From the sequence record OU343167.1: a stretch of 64,000 nucleotides of DNA; one strand, written 5' to 3'. Below are positions 1 through 12,445 of the stretch, piece by piece. The position numbers were made by a program, and so were the translations under genes. The notes beneath the pieces are model-generated. The model was not told the DNA's origin. It did no database searches and saw only the letters and a program-made list of their open reading frames with translations. The number at the start of each line of letters is the position of its first letter. Position 1 is the first letter of the stretch.

Positions 1-777
1 CGCTATTACTTCTGGAGCATCACGCCATGCTTCAAGTTGTCCAAGGTTAATAACAAAGAAGTTATTCTGGACACGAATCAGGAAGTTAATCTTTTCGTAA
101 GCTTCTTTAGGTACGATCGACATATAAGACGAAGATCGATTATCACCAAGGAAACGATAAAGATCGAAAACGTTTAATACAGCGTTAGTACGGAATTTCT
201 CAAGTAGTGCCTGAGTGGTACCGCGCTCTAACATCTTAAATTCATTAAACGTTGGCATGGATTCTGGAATATGGAGTTCGATGAACTGATTCCAACCAAA
301 GCGTTTATGTACATCGACAACACCTTTCCAGAAGGTAGCGGTGTTGTTACTCCAGCGATACCAGTTAGATTTGAAATTAGCTTGGTACTTCCAGAGTGGG
401 TTTAGCATGCTGTAGTTAAACACAGCAACGTTTTGAATATTGAGTTTTACAGCCGCATCTTTACGCAGTGGTTTGAAGAAACGGTGTTGGCGACGGAAAT
501 CAGCTTCAAGGGTAGTCGGAATAAGAGAAGTACGCCGAGCGTTACCATCGAGTGTTTCTAGCTGTGTAATGTGTTCAATGAACACCTTTCCCTGCAACTT
601 AGCAAAGAGGGGGTCCGATTGACTCGGACCCTTTACAGCAGCGTTGTCATCAAGGAACTGATACACCACCTCTTGGGGTAGCTCTAGCTTCGTCAACGGG
701 AACAGACGAGGACGCAGTAGTTCGCCTGAGTTTCGAAGACTGTAATTCTTCAGAAACTGATGAATTTTCAAACGCAT
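1..777 (-). CDS. Virion RNA polymerase beta-type subunit, N-terminal part (phiKZ gp178-like), truncated by window edge
   Basis: Not in the ORF track. Reading by hand from ATG at 777 gives MRLKIHQFLKNYSLRNSGELLRPRLFPLTKLELPQEVVY..., and the frame appears to run off the window (only the 5' part was translated by hand). It lies 2 nt downstream of the gp180-like gene; identity rests on recalled N-terminal similarity plus phiKZ synteny. Confidence 0.75.
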   Translation of the reverse strand, partial: MRLKIHQFLKNYSLRNSGELLRPRLFPLTKLELPQEVVYQFLDDNAAVKGPSQSDPLFAKLQGKVFIEHITQLETLDGNARRTSLIPTTLEADFRRQHRFFKPLRKDAAVKLNIQNVAVFNYSMLNPLWKYQANFKSNWYRWSNNTATFWKGVVDVHKRFGWNQFIELHIPESMPTFNEFKMLERGTTQALLEKFRTNAVLNVFDLYRFLGDNRSSSYMSIVPKEAYEKINFLIRVQNNFFVINLGQLEAWRDAPEVIA

Positions 778-779
778 GG

Positions 780-2432
780 TTAAATCCTACTTTTCGGTTC
801 CCCAGTCATATACCGGAGAGTTAGATTAAGCGTGTGGATGTTGACACTGAATGCAAGACCACCACCAGCCTTGATATAAGCTAAACGAGATTTAAAGAAT
901 CGATCGGATTCTTCAATAGCCTCTTTAGAATACACGGCATTGAATGACACAGTGTCACCGTCGAAGTCCGCACCAAGAGGAGCAAGTATAGACGGGGAAA
1001 TAGACGTGGAGTCATGCCATTGCGCCGGTTCGTTAATAGTGATGATTGGATATTCTAATGCGATCTCAGCATTAGTATCTCGTTCCCAGTCCCAACCAAG
1101 TGGGTAGCGCATCTCACCTTTAACAGTTGTCTTCACGTACATCTTTACAGGAATAGAACTGTTATAGTTCTCAACAGGGTAACGAGTAACGAATGCGGAG
1201 TTTCTTTTCCACATAGGTAATCCGCTTAGGTAAATCAATTCAGCATAGGAAATAGGACGCACGAACTTCTTGTCGAGCTTCTTCGGCATTTCTTCAATAT
1301 CCCTAAAGATCTTGAAGTTTTGCTTGTCATCAAGATAGACCAATGCCAAATAATGTCCAGCGATCTCAATTGCACGAGAACGCTTTTCGATGACCTTTAG
1401 TTCACCAATAACACGTTCAAGACCTTCGGGAGTTCCCCATAGGTCCATCTCTTCGTTACTAATATTAACCCATTCCAGTTTCAATGTCTTCTTATTTATA
1501 AGCTCAACACGAGTAGAGAGACTATCGAAGACTTGACCGACAACACCATTGCGTAAATGGTAAATAGTCTTTGGTTTAACGGATACAGCTGCTTGATAAA
1601 TACCAATTACAGCATCTTTGAACTTAGGACGGTTTGGCTGATCAAGATCAGCAGCATTGGTATCAAGCGAACTAATAACGTTACGAGTACCATTAAATAC
1701 TCGACGAGATGCCCATTTCTGTTGAATATAACCACCCTTGCCAGATAATAGGTTTTCGTAATGGTTATAAATCGCAAGAGCAGTCAACTGCATCGAAGTA
1801 CGCTTACGATCATAAATACTCAGATCGTCATTAGGTCCGAAATATTCAGGAACACCATAAGACTGGTTAAGCAGATATCGATAGTGTTCGTTAACTTCGT
1901 CCATCGATACACGGCCATCAACATCAATCTCGGCCTCACGATATGCAGCTGGAATAACGAGCATGTTTTTGAATGTACAGTTTTTCATGTACTTCTTCAT
2001 CAACTCTACCCGTACTCGACGAATAGATGATTTAGTTTCACCGAAATCGATCTTCTTCCAGTTATCAAAGAAAAAGGCGTAACCGGTTTTACCTTCAAGC
2101 TCATTGGAACGTACGAAGTCTTTAGCAACTGGATCAAATACAGCGAATGATTTACCAAGAATGATCTCTTCGTAGAAAGCCTTTAGTTTAATAAGGTTAC
2201 GATAGATCACAGGGTGGATAATCTCAAGACCCATGTTGATATAACCGAATCGACCTTCACGTTCAGTAGAGCCTACTCGTCCGAAAATCTCTACGGAGAA
2301 TAAACCTTTCTCATGAAAGTTACCACCGGTACCTTCGAAGATCTCGTGGCTAGTTACTTGTCCCAACATCGAAAGCTGTGCTTGGGTCGGAATCAAAAGA
2401 TCAATGTTGAATGGGACTAGTGCCTTCTTCAT
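780..2432 (-). CDS. Virion RNA polymerase beta'-type catalytic subunit (phiKZ gp180-like)
   Basis: Catalytic LGADFDGD motif near the C-terminus, KGLFSVEIFG N-terminal motif, FVTRYP; 550-aa split beta' typical of phiKZ-like phages. Confidence 0.92.
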   Translation of the reverse strand: MKKALVPFNIDLLIPTQAQLSMLGQVTSHEIFEGTGGNFHEKGLFSVEIFGRVGSTEREGRFGYINMGLEIIHPVIYRNLIKLKAFYEEIILGKSFAVFDPVAKDFVRSNELEGKTGYAFFFDNWKKIDFGETKSSIRRVRVELMKKYMKNCTFKNMLVIPAAYREAEIDVDGRVSMDEVNEHYRYLLNQSYGVPEYFGPNDDLSIYDRKRTSMQLTALAIYNHYENLLSGKGGYIQQKWASRRVFNGTRNVISSLDTNAADLDQPNRPKFKDAVIGIYQAAVSVKPKTIYHLRNGVVGQVFDSLSTRVELINKKTLKLEWVNISNEEMDLWGTPEGLERVIGELKVIEKRSRAIEIAGHYLALVYLDDKQNFKIFRDIEEMPKKLDKKFVRPISYAELIYLSGLPMWKRNSAFVTRYPVENYNSSIPVKMYVKTTVKGEMRYPLGWDWERDTNAEIALEYPIITINEPAQWHDSTSISPSILAPLGADFDGDTVSFNAVYSKEAIEESDRFFKSRLAYIKAGGGLAFSVNIHTLNLTLRYMTGEPKSRI

Positions 2433-2499
2433 TTCAAATTTCCTCTTAGGGGTTACAAAAAGCTAAACGATATGATTGTTTATATCGATGGAGTTGACC

Positions 2500-5400
2500 A
2501 TGGCTACAAAAAAGACCAAGCTGCCAAAACCTGCTGGGATGAATGCCCAGAACAGAATTGGTGTACTTGACCTTAATGAGCTGGACGACCTGTTTGATGA
2601 TGTCGGTGAAACCACCAAACCTGGTGATCCAGTAACCGATTTCAAATCTGGTCTGAAAGAGGGCTTCCTCGGTGGATTGAAAACCAAAGACATCGTAAGG
2701 AATTTCTTACGAAGCGCAGCGCCTGATGGTTTCGCGCGTCTTTTTGGTGCCTATGATGATGTAATGGCTTCGGTAACCGATATCAAAGATACGGTCGAAA
2801 GAGTCAATGCATCCGACCTAGATTACCTTGGTCGTAAAGCACAGGATTATCTACCCCAGTTAAAAGATCGCATTCCAAATGCCTTATACGAAAATATCTC
2901 TGATACGCTCACCAGAAAGGTTGAACAATATCAGTACGAAGTGGATTCCCAAAGGGACCAAATCGCTATTCGTCGTCGTCGGCAAGAAAATGATGATGCA
3001 AATGTAATTAAAGCTGCTCTCGATCAGAATACGCTGGTAAGCAGAGAAAACTTCCAACGTAGTGAACAGGGTGCAGTTGCCCGCGCTGCCGTTGAAAGAG
3101 CAGAACGTGGAATTCGTGATAAAGTAAGTGCTGGACGCTTTGACTTTATGTCCCGTTCGATGGGGATGGCTGTAGATAGTCTAACTCGTCTTGTAGGATA
3201 TAACGAACAAGTTAATTATGGAATTCAACGTAAAGGCCTTGAACTTCAGTTCCGTACCTACATGGGTATTAGGGATCTTGTTAAAGTACAAGAAGCTAAT
3301 CTTGAATTGCAGAATAAGGCTTATGAAGCATTAGTTCGTAATACCGGCTTACCAGACTACAAGAAAGGCAATGTTGGCGATCTAACCAGTTTTGGTTCAG
3401 GTCGCGGCCGGGGCAACATGCTCGGACGCCTAGCTGGCGGAGCTGCACAGGGCCTTCATGGCTTCTTGGGTAGTTATGGTAACAAAGTAAACGAACGTGT
3501 TGCCAGCGGCCTGGGCGGACGTCTATCGGAGATCGTAGCCGGTCTACGCATGGGCGATATGGCTGGTTCATCCGTTTGGGATAATCGCTATAAGTTCGCT
3601 GGTCAAATCGCCGGTGAATACGGTGCCGATATCCTTAAATCGTCTATTGTTCCATGGGCAGGTCGTAAAGTTCGTCCGACTATGGAAAAACTATCCAACC
3701 GTTTTGGTGGACGCCATCATCAGGTAGGGTATGCCCTAGACAACGTTCCAGCATATCTACAAGAGTTCGTTAATAACTACCAAAACACTTATGGTTTCCG
3801 TGGCGTTATTCGTGATGCTATTATGCCATTCGTTCCTCAGTACCACATGAACGATCGTTTGGAAAACGGAAACTATCAAACAATTGATCAAGGCGCGGCC
3901 TTTAACCAATTGACGCAGCGTAGTATCGTTGAAGTCATCCCAGGTTACCTGTCTCGCCAGCTTCAAGAATTGCGAATGATTCGCACTGGTCGCGATGATA
4001 TCGAGCGTGAAGTATTCGATATTACAACTGGTCGATTCGAAGTTCAATCGCTGTCGGATGATCGTCTTCAGAAGAAGATTATTCCAGCAGCAGCAATTCG
4101 AAGTGCGAGTGGTGCCATTAATGACACATTGAACTTGATGGATGAAGAGGGTAAACTTTCTCCAGCTGCACGTAAGGCACTTGGTGAACGTATGCTTCGC
4201 GATGCGTCTACAAACCGTAGATTTGATCCAGAAGCTTACCTTAAATCCGGCGGTTATATGGATGGCTTGGATGCCACAACCACGGATGAAATTCAAAGGT
4301 TCTTTAAGAGTAAGTTCCAGTATGACGATAAAGGTAAAATGGCAGATAATGCTGAAAACCATCGTCTACGGGATGAATACTCTCGTGCCTTCCTTGACAT
4401 TCGTTCTGTAAGTCGTGACCCAGTTAAAGAAGTACATCGTCTTATTAATGCTGGTCAAACTGAACCTTTACGGATGCTCGGTATCATCATTACTGAACAA
4501 GGACAAGATAGGATAAACTATAACCGTATTTGGGAGATCATGCGCTCTGGCGTTACTGATACCAACCCATGGGTTAATGGTGACTATCAACCTGAAGCTT
4601 CTGGTGATATGAATGATAAGAACTTCTTTGGTCCTGCTTACCCAGGTGCAGCTAAAGCCAATGCGCTTAATGCAATGCGTCGTTTCCGAAATAAACATGC
4701 ACCACAAGAAGATCGAATCAAGAAAGAACTATCTCGCTACAGCCGTATTGCACAGGGGAAATTCCAGTACCTGAACAATAAGCACGGCGCCGGTATCCAT
4801 GACTTTGCTAACAACATGCGTAATGGCCAATTTGGTCCTTACGTTGCTGGTCTGCAAGGAGCTTGGAATGATGCGAATGTAATGGGTCAAGATCTCTATT
4901 CTAAGACACGTGCTAAGTTTGGAGAACACATGGATCAGTTCCAGAATGATCCAACCCAATATGCAATCGGTCAGAAAGATAAGATCATTGATGTGTTCAC
5001 AAAGTTTAATCCAAATGAACCCATCATTAAAGGTATTGATTTTGTTCAAGGTAACCTTGTTGACTTTAATACCAAAAAGATTATCGAATCTGTACACGAC
5101 ATTACCGGTAAGGTTGTTTCTACAACTGGCATGACGGTTCTAACAGCATCTGAAGTTGCACAAGGTCTGTTTGATAAGAAAGGAATGCGTCTTGAATTAC
5201 CTGCCTTCATGAGCAACGCAGCGGATAAAATCCGCGGTGCTTTAATGGGTGGACAAACGCCTCCTGCTCAACAGTTTGCTGAAGGTGAAAACGCACAGCA
5301 AAAACAAGCAGCTGAAGATGATAAGCACGACTGGTATTTGGATGGTGAGCAAGAACCCACTATCTCTGCTCGTGGTCTAAAGAACGGTGAATACTTCAAC

Positions 5401-8400
5401 GCAGATGGTGACCAGATTAATTCGATGCAAGACATCAAAGGTGATGTACTTGATAAGAATGGATCTATTATCGCAACTGCTAAGGAACTAGCTTCCGGTC
5501 TATGGTCGCGTGCTACTCGTAAACGTTGGCGTCTTACCAAGACAGGTCGGCGTCTAGCAAATGTAGCGGGTTGGGGTGCCAAGTTCATGGCAACGAATAC
5601 ATCTACCTTAGCGTGGAACGCACTGAAGTTTGGTGCTAAGACAGCGATCGGTATGGGTTCGGCCCTATTCAACTTCGCGATTGAAACTCAGAACGCTTAT
5701 TTACCTGGTGATGATGTACCTGTACTCGAACGAAGACTAGTTAATGCTGGTAAGTACTTCGATGATAAAGGTCGCGTCATTGAAAACTTTGGTGATGTGT
5801 ATGGCACGATCTTTAACGAGAGAGGCGAACCTGTAATAGAACCATCTCTGTATAAAGACCTTAAGAACTACGACGGTACCAAACATATCTTAGCTAAGAA
5901 TAAAGGTATCATCCGTAAGACTGTATGGCGTGGTATTCGCGCTGCTCGTTCGAAGTATATCGATGCTTCCATGAAGTACATGGGTTGGGCATTGAAGAAG
6001 ACGGGTAAGTTCTATGGAGGTGCAGCTAAGAAAGTGTTAGGTGGTTTCGCTAAAGCGGGTGGTAACGTTCTTGGACGTATCTTTGAACGCGTACCATACG
6101 AAGACTTCGAAACAACTGATCAAGTACTATTGGGTCGCATTCTTGAAACTCTTCAAGCACAAGTTCCAGAAAAGCTCCGGGCTGGTAGTTGGCAGGATAA
6201 AGCAGAAAAGGCCAAAGAAGGAGCTGCTGGCTTGATGGATAAATTGAAGGGTAAGGGAGATGGCGATACCGGTAAAGCTGAAAATAAAGTCCTGAAGGGA
6301 TTGTCAGATGGACTTAAAGGTATCTTCAGTAAACTTACCGGTACAGAAGGTGAAGAAGGCTCTGGTGCGTTCGACGTGCTGATGGGCGGTGGTATGAAAG
6401 GTGGCGCTAAAGGTCGTTTAATGGGCCTTGCTAAACGCGCAGTTCCTTGGATACTTGGTGGTACAGCTGCCGCAGTGGGTACAGGTGCTATGGCTTATGG
6501 TTATAGCAAAGATGGAATGGATGCAAAGCAGACAGGTATTCTGACTGCAATGAGTCTTAATCCACTTGGACAATTAACTGCTCGCTATATCCTGAAACCT
6601 ATCTTTGGTCAGATGAACGATCAAAGAGCAGAGTTCCGCCGACTCAGAATGCTACAGTACGGTATTACCGATCACGATCAACAACAGAAAGTTTCTGCAC
6701 TTGAAGATGCTTTTGATCGCGTAACCGAACGGACAGAAGAACCCGACTTTAATATCAGTGGAGTTGGTGGTAAGGCTATTCTTGATATTCTTGGCATCGA
6801 TGTTAAGAATGAAGTTCAAGTAATGCGTATGTCCCGCTGGTTGGAAATGCGTTTCCGTCCGGTCTTCTTGACTTGGGTTAAAGCACTAGCTAAACTCAAA
6901 AAGAATGAAGTCAAACTCGTTGACATTGATAGTAAGTTCCCTCAAGAATTGAAAGGACCATTAGTTAAAGCTGTTAAGATTTCTGTATCGGGTGATACAC
7001 CAATGCAGTATCGTGTTGACCCATTCTCCGAAGAAGGCGAATTGGAAGACACTATCCCAGCAGCTGATCAACTTTGGAAAGCTCTATACGTTCGTTATAA
7101 AGCGGGCGAGAAGAAAGATGATACGGTACCTGCTACAGCGGCTAATACCGAAGTAGCTACCAAAGCTCAGGATATCGCCAAGAAAGCGGCAGATACAGCA
7201 ACTGGTAAAACCGCACCGAGTCCAATGGATCCTACTAAGTCAGCAATGCCCTTGGCTGCTGCTAAGAAGGCTTTCCCTGGTCTGGGTGGTTCAACAGGTG
7301 CTCCAATCGTTGCGACTTCGGCAGCTACTACTAAGCTAACTGCACTCCAATCCATCCGGATGCGTGCCTACGGTTTGGAAGTACTGAGTTTCTACAACGT
7401 CTATCCTCTTCTCAATGCTGAAGCAATGGTATTCGATGGTCTATCTATTCAGGGCGGTGTTCCTGAATTCCGTGGTGACCTAGAATCGATCATGCAGGAA
7501 ACAGCACCGTTATTTGGTAAAGATATCGTTGGTAACGATGAGGATCGTTCTACCTATTACGATTGGTTCGTTGGTCGTTTCATGCCTGTTGCTCGTGCTT
7601 ACTACGGTGCAATGCGTAATTCGACTCAAGGAACAACCATTGCGAACATGGAATCTAAACTCAAACCCAGTGATGCTGTTATTGTGGGTAATGCCGTATT
7701 GGGCGTCACTAATTGGGACGGCTCTAGTGTATGGCAGGTTGATTCTATCTTCCCGATTAAGGGTAGCAAAGACGATCTCAAGAAAATGGCTGAAGCTGAT
7801 TTGGAACAATTGAAGAAAGATGCAAGCAAAGACATCATGTCTACGCCGACTCAATCTGCGGGTGACCAAGCAGCTGGAACACAAAACGCAGCCGCTGGTG
7901 GTAGCTTTGCCGAGAGGGCAATGGCTTCTATCTCGAATACTTGGGAGTCTGCTAAAGAAACAGTAAGTAACGCATGGAGTAATACCAAGGCAGCTGGCGC
8001 TAAAGCAATGGATTATGTATCCGACGCTGCGGCGAATACACAGTACAAACTTGGTATGGCTGGCGAGGTATCTGCAACAGGTCGTACATACGGAACCCTG
8101 ACAAAGGGTAACGGTGGAGCTTGGGAACAGATTCCATATCCGAAAGCCAATAAGTCTCGTCAAGCAGCTGCTGAAACATTCCAAGCAGTTGCAGCGATGG
8201 TCGGTATTCCAGTAGAACTTCTGTTCATCTTCGCATCGCTTGAGTCTGGTTTTGATTACACCGTCAAAGCTAAGACATCGTCTGCAACCGGATGGTTCCA
8301 GTTTATTAATAGTACCTGGGACGCAATGTTGGCGAAACATGGCTCCAAGTTCGGTATTCCTCCAGACGACGCCCAACGTAGTTTACGTGTTGATCCTCGG

Positions 8401-9270
8401 ATCAACGCCTTAATGGGTGCATGCTTCCTTAAAGATAACTACACCTACCTTAAAGATGCATTAGGACGCGATCCAACAGACGTAGATCTTTACATCGCTC
8501 ACTTCATGGGACCAGGTGGTGCACGTAAGTTCTTGACTCGTAATCAGGATACCATCGGCGCATCGGTCTTCCCTGAAGCAGCATCTGCTAACCGACCGAT
8601 CTTCTACAAGAAAGGTGGACAACCTCGTACTCTCGGGGAAATCTATCAAATGTTCGAAGAGAAGATTGCAAAGCATCGTGGTGGAGCTGAAGGTAGTTCT
8701 GTAGCTACACAGGAAGCGGGTAAAACCATGACTCCGGAAGAGGCGACAGAAGAACAAGCCAAGGCTAATGCTAAGGCGTCTGCTGCCGAACTTTGGAATA
8801 CTGATGATAGTAACAATGCTGGTAATGCAGCGGTTGCTCGTGAAGAAGCATACAGTGCCACTGGTACTGCTGCCCAAACACCGGTACTTCCTGGTATTAC
8901 TCCAATGAACCCCGTGGGTGGAACAACTACTAGCGGAACTAATCCATCTGCTGATAGTGGCGGTAATGTTATCCAAGCCCAACAAGAAGCAGCTCTTCAA
9001 GCAGCACAGCAACAGAACTCGACTCGTCAAGCTGAAGTACGTCGTAATAACGAGAAGGCTCAACAGATCGATGATATCCAAGCTGAGCAGCTTAAGACGC
9101 TAATTGAGATGCGTGATCATCTCAAGCGTTTGGTACAACTGAACGAACAAAAGGACAGTAGTATCAAAGAAGCTTCGAAAACCCAAGCCGGAGGAAATAA
9201 TAGTATGACCTCCACGTTAATGAGAACGACCGCGGCTCAAAATCGCCCGTCACCCCTCTCGTTAACTTAA
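2500..9270 (+). CDS. Large virion-associated peptidoglycan hydrolase / tail-tip lytic transglycosylase (phiKZ gp181-like)
   Basis: About 2256 aa; C-terminal SLT domain (ASLESG catalytic Glu, [27 protein letters not shown]) at about 8200-8690; divergent from gp180-like gene as in phiKZ; ATG 2500 preferred because of the GGAG RBS. Confidence 0.9.
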   Translation: MATKKTKLPKPAGMNAQNRIGVLDLNELDDLFDDVGETTKPGDPVTDFKSGLKEGFLGGLKTKDIVRNFLRSAAPDGFARLFGAYDDVMASVTDIKDTVERVNASDLDYLGRKAQDYLPQLKDRIPNALYENISDTLTRKVEQYQYEVDSQRDQIAIRRRRQENDDANVIKAALDQNTLVSRENFQRSEQGAVARAAVERAERGIRDKVSAGRFDFMSRSMGMAVDSLTRLVGYNEQVNYGIQRKGLELQFRTYMGIRDLVKVQEANLELQNKAYEALVRNTGLPDYKKGNVGDLTSFGSGRGRGNMLGRLAGGAAQGLHGFLGSYGNKVNERVASGLGGRLSEIVAGLRMGDMAGSSVWDNRYKFAGQIAGEYGADILKSSIVPWAGRKVRPTMEKLSNRFGGRHHQVGYALDNVPAYLQEFVNNYQNTYGFRGVIRDAIMPFVPQYHMNDRLENGNYQTIDQGAAFNQLTQRSIVEVIPGYLSRQLQELRMIRTGRDDIEREVFDITTGRFEVQSLSDDRLQKKIIPAAAIRSASGAINDTLNLMDEEGKLSPAARKALGERMLRDASTNRRFDPEAYLKSGGYMDGLDATTTDEIQRFFKSKFQYDDKGKMADNAENHRLRDEYSRAFLDIRSVSRDPVKEVHRLINAGQTEPLRMLGIIITEQGQDRINYNRIWEIMRSGVTDTNPWVNGDYQPEASGDMNDKNFFGPAYPGAAKANALNAMRRFRNKHAPQEDRIKKELSRYSRIAQGKFQYLNNKHGAGIHDFANNMRNGQFGPYVAGLQGAWNDANVMGQDLYSKTRAKFGEHMDQFQNDPTQYAIGQKDKIIDVFTKFNPNEPIIKGIDFVQGNLVDFNTKKIIESVHDITGKVVSTTGMTVLTASEVAQGLFDKKGMRLELPAFMSNAADKIRGALMGGQTPPAQQFAEGENAQQKQAAEDDKHDWYLDGEQEPTISARGLKNGEYFNADGDQINSMQDIKGDVLDKNGSIIATAKELASGLWSRATRKRWRLTKTGRRLANVAGWGAKFMATNTSTLAWNALKFGAKTAIGMGSALFNFAIETQNAYLPGDDVPVLERRLVNAGKYFDDKGRVIENFGDVYGTIFNERGEPVIEPSLYKDLKNYDGTKHILAKNKGIIRKTVWRGIRAARSKYIDASMKYMGWALKKTGKFYGGAAKKVLGGFAKAGGNVLGRIFERVPYEDFETTDQVLLGRILETLQAQVPEKLRAGSWQDKAEKAKEGAAGLMDKLKGKGDGDTGKAENKVLKGLSDGLKGIFSKLTGTEGEEGSGAFDVLMGGGMKGGAKGRLMGLAKRAVPWILGGTAAAVGTGAMAYGYSKDGMDAKQTGILTAMSLNPLGQLTARYILKPIFGQMNDQRAEFRRLRMLQYGITDHDQQQKVSALEDAFDRVTERTEEPDFNISGVGGKAILDILGIDVKNEVQVMRMSRWLEMRFRPVFLTWVKALAKLKKNEVKLVDIDSKFPQELKGPLVKAVKISVSGDTPMQYRVDPFSEEGELEDTIPAADQLWKALYVRYKAGEKKDDTVPATAANTEVATKAQDIAKKAADTATGKTAPSPMDPTKSAMPLAAAKKAFPGLGGSTGAPIVATSAATTKLTALQSIRMRAYGLEVLSFYNVYPLLNAEAMVFDGLSIQGGVPEFRGDLESIMQETAPLFGKDIVGNDEDRSTYYDWFVGRFMPVARAYYGAMRNSTQGTTIANMESKLKPSDAVIVGNAVLGVTNWDGSSVWQVDSIFPIKGSKDDLKKMAEADLEQLKKDASKDIMSTPTQSAGDQAAGTQNAAAGGSFAERAMASISNTWESAKETVSNAWSNTKAAGAKAMDYVSDAAANTQYKLGMAGEVSATGRTYGTLTKGNGGAWEQIPYPKANKSRQAAAETFQAVAAMVGIPVELLFIFASLESGFDYTVKAKTSSATGWFQFINSTWDAMLAKHGSKFGIPPDDAQRSLRVDPRINALMGACFLKDNYTYLKDALGRDPTDVDLYIAHFMGPGGARKFLTRNQDTIGASVFPEAASANRPIFYKKGGQPRTLGEIYQMFEEKIAKHRGGAEGSSVATQEAGKTMTPEEATEEQAKANAKASAAELWNTDDSNNAGNAAVAREEAYSATGTAAQTPVLPGITPMNPVGGTTTSGTNPSADSGGNVIQAQQEAALQAAQQQNSTRQAEVRRNNEKAQQIDDIQAEQLKTLIEMRDHLKRLVQLNEQKDSSIKEASKTQAGGNNSMTSTLMRTTAAQNRPSPLSLT

Positions 9271-9277
9271 TCAATGG

Positions 9278-9305
9278 AGCCTCCCTTCGGGGAGGCTTTA
9301 TTTTC
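9278..9305 (+). terminator. Intrinsic terminator hairpin AGCCTCCC-TTCG-GGGAGGCT plus T tract
   Basis: Perfect 8-bp stem, UUCG loop and T run directly after the gp181-like stop. Confidence 0.85.
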
Positions 9306-9325
9306 CGCTAAGAAGGGAAATCAAA

Positions 9326-11302
9326 ATGGCAACAGATGTTAAGCCCATTTGGTTGCGCCAAGCTTTCTTATTACCTATTAATGACAATAAGAACTCGTAT
9401 GGTTCTCAGACCAAACGGCGTTACGCTAACTCGGCTGCTTTCAAATTTACAAATACGTCGTTGGGTGGTAGTTTCGCTATTAACCCTCTCCCACAATACA
9501 CACGCTATGCTGATATCCGTCAGCCTGGTCGTGGTCGTACCTATGAAGATCGTTTCTTAGGTATGGGTCGTTACTATTCGGAAGCACATGACGATACTAA
9601 ACAAGAAGTACACATGTCGTTTGGTGTTCCACGTTATTCGAGTTGGACCTCGTTCTTCACGAACTTCTATGATCGTTCAGCTGCTGGTTTAGCTAATACC
9701 GGCGTTACATCCGATCTTTGGTACAACCTTGGTAACGTAACAGGTTATTTCATCACCCTGCCCCTTCAACCATTTATTCTTGGGGTAACTGGCGTATCTC
9801 GTGTTATTAGCTTCTTGACTAAATCGCAGCCTTCTAAGTGGTTCTATTTTAAACCAACTATGCACGCATACTGGTCGTCTGTGAATACATTGGCTAACGA
9901 GTTCGCCATCGCCCTGGGTATGGTTCCTCGTATTCTAGATGATTCTCAGCGGCCATTAGAAGACCCAGGCCACCGGGTAGGGTTAGATGACGTTAAGCGA
10001 ATGCATGAAATCTTCCCAGGTTTCTTCCGTCCAGATGGCGGTGTCGATGTAATGTCTTTGGCTGGCCGTACGCAGCGCATGTCAGACCAAGCTCAAAAAT
10101 CAATGCGAGCAATGGCTGAGAAAGCACGTACCTTAGCAGAACTCCGGGCAGGTATCGAATCTGAAATGGCTAAAGCTGTAACAGACCCTAAACCTGGAGC
10201 AGATGCGCGTGATTATTTCTTGAAGTATTTAGAAGCAGATAAGAAACCATCCGAGAAGAATGGTGTTATCGATACTGAAAGTTTTAGCAGCTGGGGCGAG
10301 TTGAAGAACGTGTACGACTTCGTTGTAGGTGCACAGCGGGATGGTTCTCAGTTCGTTACATTCCGTGTCGACTATAATGGCGAAGTATCCGAATCCTTTA
10401 CTAACACTACACGTGATGTGGGTGTTGTACAAACCTTGAATACGAAAGTAGGTGAGGGCCGCGCAGCATCGTTTGACTTCATGGGTGGTAATATCACTGA
10501 AGGTGTTGGTGCTGTTACGGATATGCTTAAAGGATTTATTTCAGGAGCACTAGACTCTGTTAACTTATCCGGTCTTGAGACTTTGGCTGGCGCAGCTTTC
10601 GTTGATGCACCTGAGTACTGGGAATCGGCAATGGCGTCCTTGCCATCTGCCTCGTATACTGTTCAATTGATCTCTCCTTATGGAAATAAAATATCCAGGT
10701 TCATGAACATATACGTACCACTAGCCATGATTCTCCCAATGGGATTACCAAGGTCAGCTGGTCGAAGTGCTTACACCTCTCCGTTCATCTGTCAGATTTT
10801 CCATAAAGGTCGAGTACAGAGACAATTGGGGATCGTGGATAGCATTCAAATCCGTCGTGGTGTCGGTAACGTTGGTTGGAACGCAGAACACGAAATGCTT
10901 GGTTGCGAAGTAACCTTTAGTGTTAAAGACCTATCTAAGTTAATGCATATCCCACTGAAGGCTGGCTTCGCTAGTCCAAGTTGGTTGGGTACTGCTGGTC
11001 GTGCTATTTCTGCTACAGCTGGTGAAGCCGTTGCTGGCGATGGTGGTATTGCTACTGCGCTTGCTCTTACTGACGGAGCGGTGTGGGATGAACAAAGTCT
11101 GTTCCAAGATTACGTGTCGACTCTAACATCGCAATCGTGGGCAGATTTCTATTACGCTGGTAAACGTTTGAATCTTAACCTGACTCGTGCAGTTCAAAGT
11201 TTCAAGTCCTGGCGTAGTCCTTCGAACCTAATGTCTTGGGTTCTCGATGGTGAGGTCGCCCGTACGGTCTCTGCCTTCGCTCAAACTTCTGATCGCTTTT
11301 AA
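9326..11302 (+). CDS. Virion structural protein, baseplate/tail-tip associated (phiKZ gp182-like)
   Basis: 658-aa ORF with AAGGGA RBS directly after the gp181-like gene; assignment mainly by synteny. Confidence 0.65.
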   Translation: MATDVKPIWLRQAFLLPINDNKNSYGSQTKRRYANSAAFKFTNTSLGGSFAINPLPQYTRYADIRQPGRGRTYEDRFLGMGRYYSEAHDDTKQEVHMSFGVPRYSSWTSFFTNFYDRSAAGLANTGVTSDLWYNLGNVTGYFITLPLQPFILGVTGVSRVISFLTKSQPSKWFYFKPTMHAYWSSVNTLANEFAIALGMVPRILDDSQRPLEDPGHRVGLDDVKRMHEIFPGFFRPDGGVDVMSLAGRTQRMSDQAQKSMRAMAEKARTLAELRAGIESEMAKAVTDPKPGADARDYFLKYLEADKKPSEKNGVIDTESFSSWGELKNVYDFVVGAQRDGSQFVTFRVDYNGEVSESFTNTTRDVGVVQTLNTKVGEGRAASFDFMGGNITEGVGAVTDMLKGFISGALDSVNLSGLETLAGAAFVDAPEYWESAMASLPSASYTVQLISPYGNKISRFMNIYVPLAMILPMGLPRSAGRSAYTSPFICQIFHKGRVQRQLGIVDSIQIRRGVGNVGWNAEHEMLGCEVTFSVKDLSKLMHIPLKAGFASPSWLGTAGRAISATAGEAVAGDGGIATALALTDGAVWDEQSLFQDYVSTLTSQSWADFYYAGKRLNLNLTRAVQSFKSWRSPSNLMSWVLDGEVARTVSAFAQTSDRF

Positions 11303-11318
11303 TACAGGAAACGCAATA

Positions 11319-11789
11319 ATGTCTATCATTCGCAAAATCGCTCTGAAACTCCTTGGTGTTGAATCCGTACTGGAACTGGCCCGTTCTGAAATTAAAGGTA
11401 ATGACCTGGCTCAGCTCGCATCGACTCTTCCGGTTGATACTCTGACCAATCTGTTGGTTGGTAAGTCCGGCGTTCGTAACTTCGCCGAACTGGCTACCGG
11501 TTATCTGGAAGCTGAACAGTATCGTGGACAGAACCTGGAAGCTGAACTGCGTAAACTAGTTCGTAAATACACCGCTGGTGCACGCATCAATGCGTCCATT
11601 GAAAATATCGCAGTCAATGCCCTGATTGGTGGTGTGGCTGAAGTTGAAAACAGTAAGGAACGCAATATTCTGAAGCGTAAGGCCGCTGCCATGGCGACTA
11701 TTCGTGCACAGATGCCGGGTATCGCTAAAGCTGACGGTAACTACGCTGTAGAACTGCTTCTGCAAATTGTTAAAGTCCGCTACTCTTAA
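11319..11789 (+). CDS. Hypothetical protein, co-transcribed with structural genes
   Basis: ATG 11319 with AGGA RBS; tight spacing with neighbours. Confidence 0.7.
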   Translation: MSIIRKIALKLLGVESVLELARSEIKGNDLAQLASTLPVDTLTNLLVGKSGVRNFAELATGYLEAEQYRGQNLEAELRKLVRKYTAGARINASIENIAVNALIGGVAEVENSKERNILKRKAAAMATIRAQMPGIAKADGNYAVELLLQIVKVRYS

Positions 11790-11798
11790 GGTGAACTG

Positions 11799-12380
11799 AT
11801 GAAATGTCTGGACTGGGCTCTCAGCGTAGAGAGTCAAGATGGTGTCGCCCAACAGGTAGACGCTAGTAACGTTGAATCCGAAACCGAGGTTAAAGATCTC
11901 GATCAAGGTAATCTGGATGTGGATAATGCTAACGCTGAATCCCAACCGGATGATGTTAAGGCTAGTACCACTGTAGACATCTCTGTTGAACAACTGGAAG
12001 ATGGTCAGGTGTCTGGTAGTTCTGGTGGTAAGACGATCGATGCTTACGGCGTTGATGAACTGTCCGGCGCACCGAAGCGTATTGTAATCTCTGGTTTTGA
12101 TGCTTCTACTAACAAAGCTGCTGAACCCGGTGATAACAAACTGGAACTGGTTATTCTACTTCAAAATGGAGTAATCCCAGAAGTTGGTATTAATGGGGTA
12201 ACCGTAGAAGATCTACTGACAGCTTCGATCATTGTATTCGAAGGTTTCCAATCGGGTAAGTTTGCCTGTGAAGAAAATGCCAAAGCATTGTTCCACATGA
12301 ACGCTGCACGTGAACTGATTCGCGCTCGACTGGAGCGTCGTCAAGCACAAGGCACTGAAGGTACCTACGAAGGTAACTAA
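11799..12380 (+). CDS. Tad1-like (Thoeris anti-defence 1) nucleotide-signal sponge domain with acidic N-terminal extension
   Basis: C-terminal LQNGVIPEVGINGVTVEDLL..FEGFQSGKFACEENAKALFHMNAARELIRARLERRQAQGTEGT matches the recalled Tad1 pattern FQKG..K...HGV...DLL..V.DRL.SFQAGPFSSRENA.AL...EEA..W...R...R..R.V.GT. Confidence 0.75.
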   Translation: MKCLDWALSVESQDGVAQQVDASNVESETEVKDLDQGNLDVDNANAESQPDDVKASTTVDISVEQLEDGQVSGSSGGKTIDAYGVDELSGAPKRIVISGFDASTNKAAEPGDNKLELVILLQNGVIPEVGINGVTVEDLLTASIIVFEGFQSGKFACEENAKALFHMNAARELIRARLERRQAQGTEGTYEGN

Positions 12381-12387
12381 TATAAAT

Positions 12388-12410
12388 GCCTCCCTTCGGG
12401 GAGGCTTTAT
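12388..12410 (+). terminator. Intrinsic terminator GCCTCCC-TTCG-GGGAGGC-TTTAT
   Basis: Same hairpin as 9278; closes the gp182-like to Tad1-like operon. Confidence 0.85.
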
Positions 12411-12418
12411 GTTCCATT

Positions 12419-12445
12419 AAAAAATATTTCAAATCTATATCACAG
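12419..12445 (+). promoter_or_regulatory. Putative early (virion RNAP) promoter AAAAA-N-TCTATATCAC
   Basis: Variant of the phiKZ early TATATTAC motif with upstream A tract, placed just after a terminator. Confidence 0.6.

Noticed and set aside
780-2432. Cellular rpoC, i.e. a bacterial chromosome origin for this window
   Set aside because: The subunit is split and highly diverged, sits among phiKZ-type virion genes, and no bacterial housekeeping operons are present.
2500-9270. Tape-measure protein call for the 2.2-kaa ORF
   Set aside because: No TMP repeat pattern; the C-terminal SLT domain and synteny fit the phiKZ gp181-type tail-tip hydrolase better.
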